Both the position numbers and the translations under genes were made by a program. From the IMG/VR virus record IMGVR_UViG_3300047352_000276, positions 1-54,994 of that record: 54,994 bases of DNA; one strand, written 5' to 3'. The notes under the pieces were generated by a model, which searched no databases, was not told the DNA's origin, and saw nothing but the letters and a program-made list of their open reading frames with translations. Positions within the stretch are counted from its first letter, which is position 1; each line of letters opens with the position of its first letter. The DNA is from a virus. Lineage: Duplodnaviria; Caudoviricetes. Below, piece after piece: positions 1-8,086 of the stretch.

Positions 1-155
1 ATCGCCAACACTTCCGGACCAATCATCTCGACCATACCAATGCCAGTGTTGATGAAGATCGTCGGTTGGGACGAGATCCCAGACTTTCCCAAGCAAAAAA
101 TATACACCATCCGCGCAACCATTGACCAGCCGGACTGCGATATATACCAGACCAT
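1..155. repeat. Terminal direct repeat, copy 1 (circular overlap)
   Basis: 1-155 matches 54840-54994; first 126 nt identical, then 3 mismatches (cag/aaa, tac/tat). Confidence 0.95.
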
Positions 156-549
156 TTATTACCCAGACCCGACAGTCCCACACTACAGAGTTTCAGTCAT
201 CGGCAATGTCGTGATCTGTGAGGCTGCTGTGCCAATAGACTCAAAGCCAGCACCCCACATAATGAGCATACTGATGGATGACTTCGGGTTCAGACCTATG
301 AAGATAACCAACATCACCTCATCGACTCAAGAGTACGGCAAGATTCGTCCGATCGATGAGCGTCTGCGGAAAGAATTCATTTTCCAAATGACCACCCAAC
401 ACAACATCTATTCAGTTGGCAGGTTCGCAACATGGCGACAGATCTTACTGGACGATGTAGTCGACGATGTAAAAGTTGTCGAAGAATTCATTCGGGGGAA
501 GTCTGACTATGCCCGATGGATGCACTCTCAGAAAGGAGAAAATCAATGA
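1..549 (+). CDS. FAD-dependent oxidoreductase/mutase-like flavoprotein, 3' part
   Basis: In frame with the 54450 start via the overlap; IISTIPMP and C-terminal VGRFATWRQILLDDVV resemble UDP-galactopyranose mutase-type flavoproteins. Confidence 0.75.
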   Translation: MANTSGPIISTIPMPVLMKIVGWDEIPDFPKQKIYTIRATIDQPDCDIYQTIYYPDPTVPHYRVSVIGNVVICEAAVPIDSKPAPHIMSILMDDFGFRPMKITNITSSTQEYGKIRPIDERLRKEFIFQMTTQHNIYSVGRFATWRQILLDDVVDDVKVVEEFIRGKSDYARWMHSQKGENQ

Positions 550-1193
550 AAGTGGAACTCGTAAATTATACCTCTGACGCTGTTGACCTGCTGTTGTTCA
601 CCAAGAACACAAGGCTGATGGACGACGAGGATGCCTATGGCAAAATCGCTGGATGGTCTGAAACAAAGAAGCAGGAGGAGCTAGACTACATGCTCCAAAC
701 AATCCGCTCATCTTGGGAATTCATTGACTACACATTCAACATTCGAGATGTCAGTCGTGGGTTCACCCATCAGTTCGTCCGGACTCGCCAAGCCTCATAC
801 GCCCAACAATCTCAACGAACAGTTGACATGTTTGGCTTCAGCTATTACACTCCAGAGCGCATTGAGCAAAACCACGAAGCTCTGGAAGAATATGACAAGG
901 CAATGGCTGACATAGCTGACGCATACCAAAGGCTCCGGAAGTTTGTCCCCGCAGAAGATGCACGTGGTGTCTTGCCGACTAACATCCACACCAACATCGT
1001 CGCGAAGTTTAACTTGCGCACACTGAGCGAGATGGCCAAGTCACGCCTCAGCCCACGAGCTCAAGGTGAATATCAACAGGTGTTCAAGCTGATGGTCAAG
1101 GCTGTTGTCGCGGTGCACCCATGGGCTGATCCTTTCTTGACCCCAACACAGTGGGCCGCACCATCAATGGGAAAGGCTCTGAACAAGCCATGA
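546..1193 (+). CDS. thyX: Flavin-dependent thymidylate synthase ThyX-like protein (divergent)
   Basis: SRGFTHQFVRTRQASYAQQSQR (RxR-X7-S-x-R), AEDARGVLP, NLRTL, AQGEY; ATG 546 overlaps the upstream stop, RBS AGAAAGGAG. Confidence 0.85.
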   Translation: MKVELVNYTSDAVDLLLFTKNTRLMDDEDAYGKIAGWSETKKQEELDYMLQTIRSSWEFIDYTFNIRDVSRGFTHQFVRTRQASYAQQSQRTVDMFGFSYYTPERIEQNHEALEEYDKAMADIADAYQRLRKFVPAEDARGVLPTNIHTNIVAKFNLRTLSEMAKSRLSPRAQGEYQQVFKLMVKAVVAVHPWADPFLTPTQWAAPSMGKALNKP

Positions 1194-1465
1194 GCAAGAA
1201 ATATGAAGATGATCTGATAATCGCTGTGCGGGAAAACAAGAAGCACATGACCGTCAAAGAGATCATGGAGAAGCACAGCCTGAAGGAGCATGAAGTCAAG
1301 TACATCCTTTATAATCCTCATTGCACGTTGCTGGAGGACAAACCAATACCTGTGGACTACGTTGTTGATGATGCTGCGTTTGAGGAGCCTGAAGACTTCC
1401 AAAAAGACGAACGGTCAATAGTCAATGGCTTCAGGAAAGCATTTAAAGGATTATTCGAAAAGTAA
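1190..1465 (+). CDS. Hypothetical protein (possible N-terminal HTH)
   Basis: ATGA overlap with the thyX stop; MTVKEIMEKHSLKEHEVKYILY is HTH-like. Confidence 0.6.
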   Translation: MSKKYEDDLIIAVRENKKHMTVKEIMEKHSLKEHEVKYILYNPHCTLLEDKPIPVDYVVDDAAFEEPEDFQKDERSIVNGFRKAFKGLFEK

Positions 1466-1490
1466 GGATCGTGCTGAGAAAGGAAATGGC

Positions 1491-1979
1491 ATGAATATTT
1501 TCTACCTAGACCACAACCCTGTGGAAGCTGCAAAGATGCATTGCGACAAGCATTGCGTCAAAATGATCCTTGAGACTGCGCAGCTGCTGTGCACTGCTCA
1601 CAGAGAGCTCGATGGTGACTACTGGGCTGACATGGTTGGCTTGTATAAGTCTACCCACAAGAACCATCCGTCTGCTGTTTGGGTGCGCGAGAGCTCTGCG
1701 CAATATTGGTGGGCTTGCGGATTGTATGTCCAGCTTGGTTTGGAATACACAAGACGATACGGCAAGACCCACAAGAGCATGGGTCTGGCTCCATTCTTGA
1801 CAATTTCACCAATGTGGATTGATCGTCTGGCTTGGCGAGAACCGCCTCAGTGCATGCCTGATGAATACAAAACTGACTGCACTGTGGAAGCATACAGGAA
1901 TTATTACAATGGTGCCAAGGCAAGGTTCGCAGCTTGGAAAGACAAGGAGGCTCCAGAATGGTTCGAGACGGTGCAGTGA
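1491..1979 (+). CDS. Pyrimidine-dimer DNA glycosylase/endonuclease V (DenV)-like protein
   Basis: MNIFYLD...CDKHCVKMILETAQLL, THKNHPSAVW, PQCMPDEYK, VEAYRNYY; RBS GAGAAAGGA. Confidence 0.8.
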   Translation: MNIFYLDHNPVEAAKMHCDKHCVKMILETAQLLCTAHRELDGDYWADMVGLYKSTHKNHPSAVWVRESSAQYWWACGLYVQLGLEYTRRYGKTHKSMGLAPFLTISPMWIDRLAWREPPQCMPDEYKTDCTVEAYRNYYNGAKARFAAWKDKEAPEWFETVQ

Positions 1980-2392
1980 TTGTTGACATTGATGGGACGC
2001 TGGCTGATTGTCGTCACAGATTCCATTTGTATGAAGCGAAAGATTATGAAGCATTCAATGCAGCCAGCAAGGATGATGATCCGATTGATGCTGTTGTTGA
2101 TTTGGTGCGCAATCTGCCTAAGTGGACTTGGATTGTAATAATGACCGCTCGGGACGAATCATTCAGAGACGTGACCATGAGTTGGCTCAACATGAATGAC
2201 ATCCCATTCAACCATCTGTTGATGAGGCCAGCAGGTGACAAGCGCAGAGACGACATTGTCAAGCGAGAATTGTTCAATGCCAACTACAAAAAAGAACAAG
2301 TCTGGTTTGCTCTGGAAGACCGCAAAGTCTGCGTTGACATGTGGAGAGATGAGGGCATAACTTGCCTGCAGGTTCAGGAGGGGAATTTCTGA
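1958..2392 (+). CDS. HAD-family phosphatase (like the phosphatase domain of T4 PNKP)
   Basis: DIDGTLAD, TAR, LLMRPAGDKRRDDIVK, EDR..CVDMWR..G; RBS AGGAGG. Confidence 0.85.
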   Translation: MVRDGAVIVDIDGTLADCRHRFHLYEAKDYEAFNAASKDDDPIDAVVDLVRNLPKWTWIVIMTARDESFRDVTMSWLNMNDIPFNHLLMRPAGDKRRDDIVKRELFNANYKKEQVWFALEDRKVCVDMWRDEGITCLQVQEGNF

Positions 2393-2580
2393 TGGAACTT
2401 AGATTGGTCGGCAACGACATTGAATTTGACAGGCAAAAAATTGCAAGGCTTTTTGACCTCAGCCCTGCCCTGCGGATGTCTCTGGAGGAGGCTTTCAAGA
2501 AGTCCAACGAGCACGACGAATCCGTCGATGCAGCATACCAAGAAGGGAGGGCCGAAGGTGAATGGTGGCGTGTCGAATGA
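2392..2580 (+). CDS. Hypothetical protein
   Basis: TGATG-coupled to the upstream gene and ATGA-coupled to the downstream gene. Confidence 0.6.
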   Translation: MELRLVGNDIEFDRQKIARLFDLSPALRMSLEEAFKKSNEHDESVDAAYQEGRAEGEWWRVE

Positions 2581-2873
2581 GCAGTCCTAAAGATCCATCA
2601 GACATTCTGCAAGAGATGGCAGAAACATTCCGAGAGCGGAATAAAGTCTACGGCGACAACTACAAGACCGTCGGAGAAGTGATGATCAGTTTGTTCCCCA
2701 ATGGGGTGCAGCTCAACACAGTCAGCGATTACAACAGCTGGCATCTGTTTGAGTTGATGATCGTCAAGATCACTAGGTTCGCAAACAGCAACCTGAAACA
2801 CAAAGACTCAATTCATGATGCAGCCGTTTATGCGGCCATGGTTGAATATCTCATCAAGGAGGAGAAACAGTGA
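2577..2873 (+). CDS. Nmad1/DUF1599/DUF6378-like protein (nucleotide-modification-associated, MazG-like helical fold)
   Basis: ERNKVYGDNY...MIVKITR...KDSIHDAAVYAAM pattern. Confidence 0.65.
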   Translation: MSSPKDPSDILQEMAETFRERNKVYGDNYKTVGEVMISLFPNGVQLNTVSDYNSWHLFELMIVKITRFANSNLKHKDSIHDAAVYAAMVEYLIKEEKQ

Positions 2874-3547
2874 GCAACATTTTAATCACAGGCACAGGCA
2901 AAGGCTTGGGCAAGGCAATGAAAGAAAAGCTGATCAGCCAAGGCCACAAAGTGATCAGCTTCAATCTTGAGGATGGCAGGGATGTCCGCAGTCCAGACAT
3001 TTCTGACGTCTGGCGTCAGAAAATTGACGTGTTGATAAACAATGCTGGCGTCAACATAATCGATTGGCTGGAAAACTTCGAGGAATCAGACTGGGACAAA
3101 GTCATGGACACCAACGCCAAAGGCATCTACATGATGACCAAGGCTTGCTTGCCAGGACTGATCAAAAGCAAAGGCACAGTCATCAACATCGTAAGCAATG
3201 CAGCCCACATGCCTATGACTTGTTCTTTGGCCTACAATGCGTCCAAAGGTGCTGCCCACATCATGACGTTGCAGATGGCCAGAGAGCTGACCAAGAAGCA
3301 TGGCATAACAGTTTTTGGGATAGCCCCTAACAAACTCTCTGGCACTGGCATGAGTGATGACATCGACAACCAAGTGGTTGCCACTCGTGGCTGGACCAAA
3401 GAGCATGCCCAGCAGTATCAACTCAATGGTCTGTTGACAGGCGAAGAAACGCCACCAGAAAGGCTGGCAGAATTTGTCGCTTTTTTACTTCAATCAAAAG
3501 ATCACCACAAGTACCTGACTGGGTGCATCCTTCCATATGGAGCCTGA
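2870..3547 (+). CDS. Short-chain dehydrogenase/reductase (SDR)
   Basis: TGTGKGLG cofactor motif, NNAG, catalytic Ser and YNASK. Confidence 0.92.
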   Translation: MSNILITGTGKGLGKAMKEKLISQGHKVISFNLEDGRDVRSPDISDVWRQKIDVLINNAGVNIIDWLENFEESDWDKVMDTNAKGIYMMTKACLPGLIKSKGTVINIVSNAAHMPMTCSLAYNASKGAAHIMTLQMARELTKKHGITVFGIAPNKLSGTGMSDDIDNQVVATRGWTKEHAQQYQLNGLLTGEETPPERLAEFVAFLLQSKDHHKYLTGCILPYGA

Positions 3548-3548
3548 A

Positions 3549-4028
3549 ATGAAATTCCAAATTGAACAAATAGCAATCGTCCCGAAAGATCCAATCGCAG
3601 CCAAGAAGCTGTTGTCAGAGATTGGGGCAACTGATTGGGCTGAAGATCACGTTGTCGCAACTGGCAATGTTTTCGGCGTTCGCGACACCAACGAAGCTGA
3701 CTTGTCTTTCAACTATGACCTGTTCTCCGGCAAAGAGTTTGAAGTTTTGGATTATACTTCTGGCCCCAACTGGATTGATTCAAGAGGATCAAGGAACACA
3801 GTCAGCCACCTAGGGATGCATTGCAGTGCAGAAGATCTTGTGCATTGGCGAGCGTTCTTCGCAAACCGTGACATCGAAGTGGCGCAAGAAGTTTTCACCG
3901 ACTCCCACACCAATCCCGTGATTGCAGGAAAACGATCTTACAATTACGTCATATTCGACACGAAGAACATACTGGGCGTTGACCTCAAATTCATCGTTAG
4001 GATAAATAAAGATGCTGATAGTCTTTGA
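3549..4028 (+). CDS. VOC/glyoxalase-fold protein (epimerase-like)
   Basis: IEQIAIV...EFEVLDY..GPNW...SHLGMH pattern resembles methylmalonyl-CoA epimerase-type VOC proteins. Confidence 0.6.
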   Translation: MKFQIEQIAIVPKDPIAAKKLLSEIGATDWAEDHVVATGNVFGVRDTNEADLSFNYDLFSGKEFEVLDYTSGPNWIDSRGSRNTVSHLGMHCSAEDLVHWRAFFANRDIEVAQEVFTDSHTNPVIAGKRSYNYVIFDTKNILGVDLKFIVRINKDADSL

Positions 4029-4548
4029 TCTAGAAACCACAGGTCTGCCCAAAGCGGAAGGTTCTGATCTTGACATGCAGCCCAAGATTATTGAATTCGG
4101 TGCGATCAAGCTTACTGAAGAGCTCATTGAGGTTGATCGCCTTGAATTCTTTTGCAACCCCAAGCACATGCTCGATCCAAAGATCACCAAGATCACAGGC
4201 ATAACAGACGACATGCTCAAAGACCAAAAGCCATTCATCGCACACCTCGACAGATTGAATGAATTCTTTTTGGGAACCAAGCGGATGTTTGCCCACAATC
4301 TTGGCTTCGACAGAAAGATCTTGAAATTTGAGCTTGAGAGGCTAGACAAGGTCACAAGCTTCCCTTGGCCTTATGAGCACACCTGCACAGTTGAGGTTGG
4401 CCAGCGAGTCTGGGGTAAGATGCGCAAGCTGGGCGACATATATGAAGAGCTCTTCGAAGAGAAGATAGAAGGCTCTCACAGGTCAATGAATGATGTTGAA
4501 GCAACGCTCCGGATCATTGATTGGTACGCAAAGGAAGGACACATATAA
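4012..4548 (+). CDS. dnaQ: DEDDh 3'-5' exonuclease (DnaQ/Pol III epsilon-like)
   Basis: FDLETTG, AHNLGFD, HRSMNDV motifs; directly upstream of dnaE. Confidence 0.88.
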   Translation: MLIVFDLETTGLPKAEGSDLDMQPKIIEFGAIKLTEELIEVDRLEFFCNPKHMLDPKITKITGITDDMLKDQKPFIAHLDRLNEFFLGTKRMFAHNLGFDRKILKFELERLDKVTSFPWPYEHTCTVEVGQRVWGKMRKLGDIYEELFEEKIEGSHRSMNDVEATLRIIDWYAKEGHI

Positions 4549-7362
4549 ATGTTGAACCTCAAGACACGCACAGAGTATTCGTTCCGCAAGGCATACGGCC
4601 CCATACAAAAGGTTGTTGAGTGTTTTGAAGACAAGGCTGTTGGAATATGCGACACAGGAACATGGGGCCACGTCGCATTCTCCAAGCACTGCAAAAAGTC
4701 TGGCATCAAGCCTGTGTTTGGTGTTGAGATATCTGTGGTCTTAGATGCCAATGACCGTTCCAAACAAGCCGACAATCCGATGTCATTTCTGGCTTGCAAC
4801 AATGATGGGTTGGCTGAGATATATGAGCTTGTGTCCCGCAGCACATCCAAAGAGAATTTCTACTATTATCCCCGCATAAGCTATTCAGACCTGTTCGATG
4901 TCAGCGAAAACGTGATAATGTTGTCCGGATCGCACCCAGACTGGTCGATGCTTCCTTTGACCAAAAAACACAATCTTTACGTCGAGCTTGGACCAATGAG
5001 CTCTCCGAAGTCAGCTGAGTGGGCTGCTCAAAAAGGCTTCAAGACCATAGCCACCAGCGACAACTTTTATCCCAAGCCATCGGACAAAAAGGCTTACGAG
5101 GTTTTGTGTGGCCGTAACCGTACAGATCGCAGTGGGCCCATGCACATTCTTGATGAGTGGGAGTGGAAGGCTGCTGTGCCTTGGGGGACGCAAGAAGCCA
5201 TCGACAACACCTACAAAGTTGCAGAGCTTTGCAATGCTGATCTGCCAGTTGCGCAGATGATCGCATTTCATTCAAAAAAGACTTTGCGAGAGCTTTGCGA
5301 GGATGGTGCTCCGGCACTGGGCGTTGACCTGAAAGATCCAGTTTATGCGGCTAGGCTCAAGCGAGAGTTGGACATGATTGCCAGCAAGGAATTTGAGGAT
5401 TATTTCTTTGTGATTGCTGACATGATTCGTTACGCCAAAGAGCACATGCTGGTTGGCCCTGCTCGTGGATCTTCTGCTGGTTCTTTGGTTTGTTACCTCA
5501 CTGGCATAACTGACGTTGACCCGATTGTGCACGACCTGTTGTTCGAAAGATTCATCGACATCACCCGAGAAGATCTGCCGGACATCGACATCGACTTTCA
5601 AGATGACCGCAGAGAGATGGTTTTCCAATATCTCAGGGACAAGTACGGTGCAGAAAAAGTTGCACACCTCGGGACGGTCAGCCGCTACAAAGCCAAGAGC
5701 ACAATAGCAGAAGTGGCCAAAGAGCTTGGCATACCCGCATGGGAAGTCAATGACCTGAAAGGTGCGATCATCGAGCGCAGTGGTGGTGACTCTCGTGCTG
5801 CGTTCTGCATCCTCGACACATTCAACGACCTCGACATAGGCAAGGCTGTCTTGGAGAAATTCCCGCAGATGAAAGTTGCGGCAAAGATGGAGAACCACGC
5901 AAGACACGTTGGTGTGCATGCTGCTGGCATTCTGGTGACTGAAGACCCAGTCAGCAAATATTGCTCCGTCAGTGCGCAGACTGGTGCGGCCCAGATAGAC
6001 AAAAAAGACGCTGAAGACCTCAACCTGCTGAAGATTGATGCATTGGGCCTCAGAACACTCTCCGTCTTGCAGGACGTTTTGGATCAGGTTGGTTGGGTGC
6101 GAGACCAGCTGATCAAGTTTCCTCTGGAAGACAAAAAGGCATTCGCAATATTGAATGATGAGAAATATGCAGGCATATTCCAATTTGAAGGCTACGCGCT
6201 GCAAGGTGTGACCAGACAAATGAAAGTGCACAACTTTGAGGACGTTGCAGCCATCACTGCCCTAGCTCGTCCTGGACCACTCAACTCCGGTGGTACGAGC
6301 CAGTTTATCAAGCGGCACATAGGAGCAGCACCAGCGGAATATATGCACCCAATGACAGAGCCAATCACAAAGGTGACTCATGGTGTTGTGGTCTATCAAG
6401 AACAAGTCATGACCATTGGTCGGGAGATAGGCAAGCTGAGTTGGGAAGATGTTTCATTCCTGCGCAAAGCAATGAGCAAGTCTTATGGCAAAGAATATTT
6501 TGACACGTTCTGGGAGAAGTTCAAGGTTGGAGCTGCTGAGAACGGCATACCGGAAGACGTCGCGCAAACAATATGGGACAACATCAACACGATGGGATCT
6601 TGGGCGTTCAACCGCAGTCACGCAATATCTTACGGGATGGTGAGCTATTGGTGTTGTGTCTTGAAGAGCAGGTTCCCACTGGAGTATGCTGCTGCTTGCC
6701 TCCGTAATGTCAAGGATGACGACCAAGCTGTCAAGCTGTTGAGGGAAGTTGTGTCTGAGGGATTGACTTACAAGCCATTCGACAAATTCAAGTCCAAGGC
6801 CAACTGGTCAGTCCAAGACAATGAATTGATCGGTGGGTTGATAGGGATCAAAGGCATCGGCCCCAAAATGGCAGAAGACATAGAAAACAGGCGCAACCTG
6901 TCCCAACCATTGACCCCACGGCAAGAAACCCTGCTGAACACAGGCACGACACCCTATGACGATATTTTTGAGTGCGAAAGGAGATTTGGCCACATCAAGA
7001 AAGATCCCAAAGCCCACAACATCGGCTCAGCCATAACAGACATCCAAGACCTAGACGGGGACAATCCAGGAACATTCGTTTTCTTCGGCAAGCTCAAAGA
7101 GAAGAATTTGAGGGATATGAATGAAGCTGTCAACTTGGCCAAACGTGGTGGTCGCAGAGTTGATCGGAATAACCTTTGGTTGAACGTGACAGCTGAAGAT
7201 GACACTGGCGCAATCATATGCACAGTCGACAGGTTCAAGTACCAAAAGATGGGCAAGCCCATTGTGGAGGATGGAAAGCTGGGTGAATGGTACTTATTCA
7301 AAGGTGTGTTGAAGAATGGGTTCAGGAAGATCTATCTTGAAAAGGTTCGTAAGATGTTGTAA
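4549..7362 (+). CDS. dnaE: DNA polymerase III alpha subunit (family C)
   Basis: PHP-like N-terminus, GPARGSSAGSLV, LLFERF, PDIDIDF, HAAG, KIDALGL, FNRSHA, C-terminal OB fold (EDDTG). Confidence 0.95.
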   Translation: MLNLKTRTEYSFRKAYGPIQKVVECFEDKAVGICDTGTWGHVAFSKHCKKSGIKPVFGVEISVVLDANDRSKQADNPMSFLACNNDGLAEIYELVSRSTSKENFYYYPRISYSDLFDVSENVIMLSGSHPDWSMLPLTKKHNLYVELGPMSSPKSAEWAAQKGFKTIATSDNFYPKPSDKKAYEVLCGRNRTDRSGPMHILDEWEWKAAVPWGTQEAIDNTYKVAELCNADLPVAQMIAFHSKKTLRELCEDGAPALGVDLKDPVYAARLKRELDMIASKEFEDYFFVIADMIRYAKEHMLVGPARGSSAGSLVCYLTGITDVDPIVHDLLFERFIDITREDLPDIDIDFQDDRREMVFQYLRDKYGAEKVAHLGTVSRYKAKSTIAEVAKELGIPAWEVNDLKGAIIERSGGDSRAAFCILDTFNDLDIGKAVLEKFPQMKVAAKMENHARHVGVHAAGILVTEDPVSKYCSVSAQTGAAQIDKKDAEDLNLLKIDALGLRTLSVLQDVLDQVGWVRDQLIKFPLEDKKAFAILNDEKYAGIFQFEGYALQGVTRQMKVHNFEDVAAITALARPGPLNSGGTSQFIKRHIGAAPAEYMHPMTEPITKVTHGVVVYQEQVMTIGREIGKLSWEDVSFLRKAMSKSYGKEYFDTFWEKFKVGAAENGIPEDVAQTIWDNINTMGSWAFNRSHAISYGMVSYWCCVLKSRFPLEYAAACLRNVKDDDQAVKLLREVVSEGLTYKPFDKFKSKANWSVQDNELIGGLIGIKGIGPKMAEDIENRRNLSQPLTPRQETLLNTGTTPYDDIFECERRFGHIKKDPKAHNIGSAITDIQDLDGDNPGTFVFFGKLKEKNLRDMNEAVNLAKRGGRRVDRNNLWLNVTAEDDTGAIICTVDRFKYQKMGKPIVEDGKLGEWYLFKGVLKNGFRKIYLEKVRKML

Positions 7363-7434
7363 ATGTTGAGAGAAAAATTATTTCACTCAAAATTGAAAAT
7401 AATGATTGCCTTTTCTGGCAATAACGACGATACT
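7349..7434 (+). promoter_or_regulatory. Sigma70-like promoter P1 with upstream conserved boxes
   Basis: TTGCCT(7406)-17 nt-GATACT(7429); 7370-7397 is 25/28 identical to 53534-53561. Confidence 0.75.
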
Positions 7435-7483
7435 CTCTTTATCGGAAGGGAGAGGCCCTGACGGTTTGAGAAAGGAACTAACG

Positions 7484-7771
7484 ATGGAACTTACAAACAA
7501 CCAGACCCGAGCGATGACTGCTCTTATCAAAAGTTGCCTCGGCAACATGGGCGGCAAAACCCTTGCTGATTTGCAAGACGACCCATTCACATGGGTTGAT
7601 GCCTCTGATCTCGTTGAAGCTGGCTGGGGCCAAAAAGAAGCTGAAGGCACATTCGGCTCACTGGTCGCTGCTGATTTAGTTTATCTTTATGACCAGCGTT
7701 CGGCCGACGATGGGGGCAACTTATATTCGCTGGCTGATGACTGGGATTCTCTCCGTAAATTTCACTCATAA
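7484..7771 (+). CDS. Hypothetical early protein (winged-helix-like)
   Basis: RBS TGAGAAAGGA, ATG 7484, directly after P1. Confidence 0.7.
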   Translation: MELTNNQTRAMTALIKSCLGNMGGKTLADLQDDPFTWVDASDLVEAGWGQKEAEGTFGSLVAADLVYLYDQRSADDGGNLYSLADDWDSLRKFHS

Positions 7772-7777
7772 TCTAAC

Positions 7778-7797
7778 GGTGGGGCTTCGGCCCCACC
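7778..7797 (+). other. GC-rich hairpin with C(UUCG)G tetraloop
   Basis: GGTGGGGC-TTCG-GCCCCACC perfect 8-bp stem; no adjacent U-tract. Confidence 0.75.
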
Positions 7798-7801
7798 ACC
7801 T

Positions 7802-8079
7802 CCTCAAATTTTAGAAAGGAACCAGCAAGTGACAACGATCAATGAAGCAAAAGCCAAGGCAAGGCACATCAAATATCATGTGCGCCAGCGCTTCCTAGAG
7901 CAGGAGCGGGAGGCTTATTATAATTACAGGAGCGAAAGTCGCGCTTGTGGTTATGAGGTCGAGAGCTTTGAAGAGTACATTGGCGATAGGAACTTGAAAG
8001 ACGAATTTGCTGAGTTTTACGCCAGCCTGACCGAACAAGAATTGTCACAATATTAACCAACCCTCAAATTTTAGAAAGG
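7802..8079 (+). repeat. 18-nt direct repeat CCTCAAATTTTAGAAAGG (7802-7819, 8062-8079), includes RBS
   Basis: Exact duplicate upstream of two consecutive genes. Confidence 0.85.
7829..8056 (+). CDS. Hypothetical protein
   Basis: GTG start after AGAAAGGA RBS. Confidence 0.65.
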   Translation: MTTINEAKAKARHIKYHVRQRFLEQEREAYYNYRSESRACGYEVESFEEYIGDRNLKDEFAEFYASLTEQELSQY

Positions 8080-8086
8080 CACTATC

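Noticed and set aside
4549-7362. Bacterial chromosomal origin of the window (dnaE, thyX, SDR, groES)
   Set aside because: The genes sit in a compact circular genome with terminase, portal and capsid; no rRNA, tRNA or other housekeeping context
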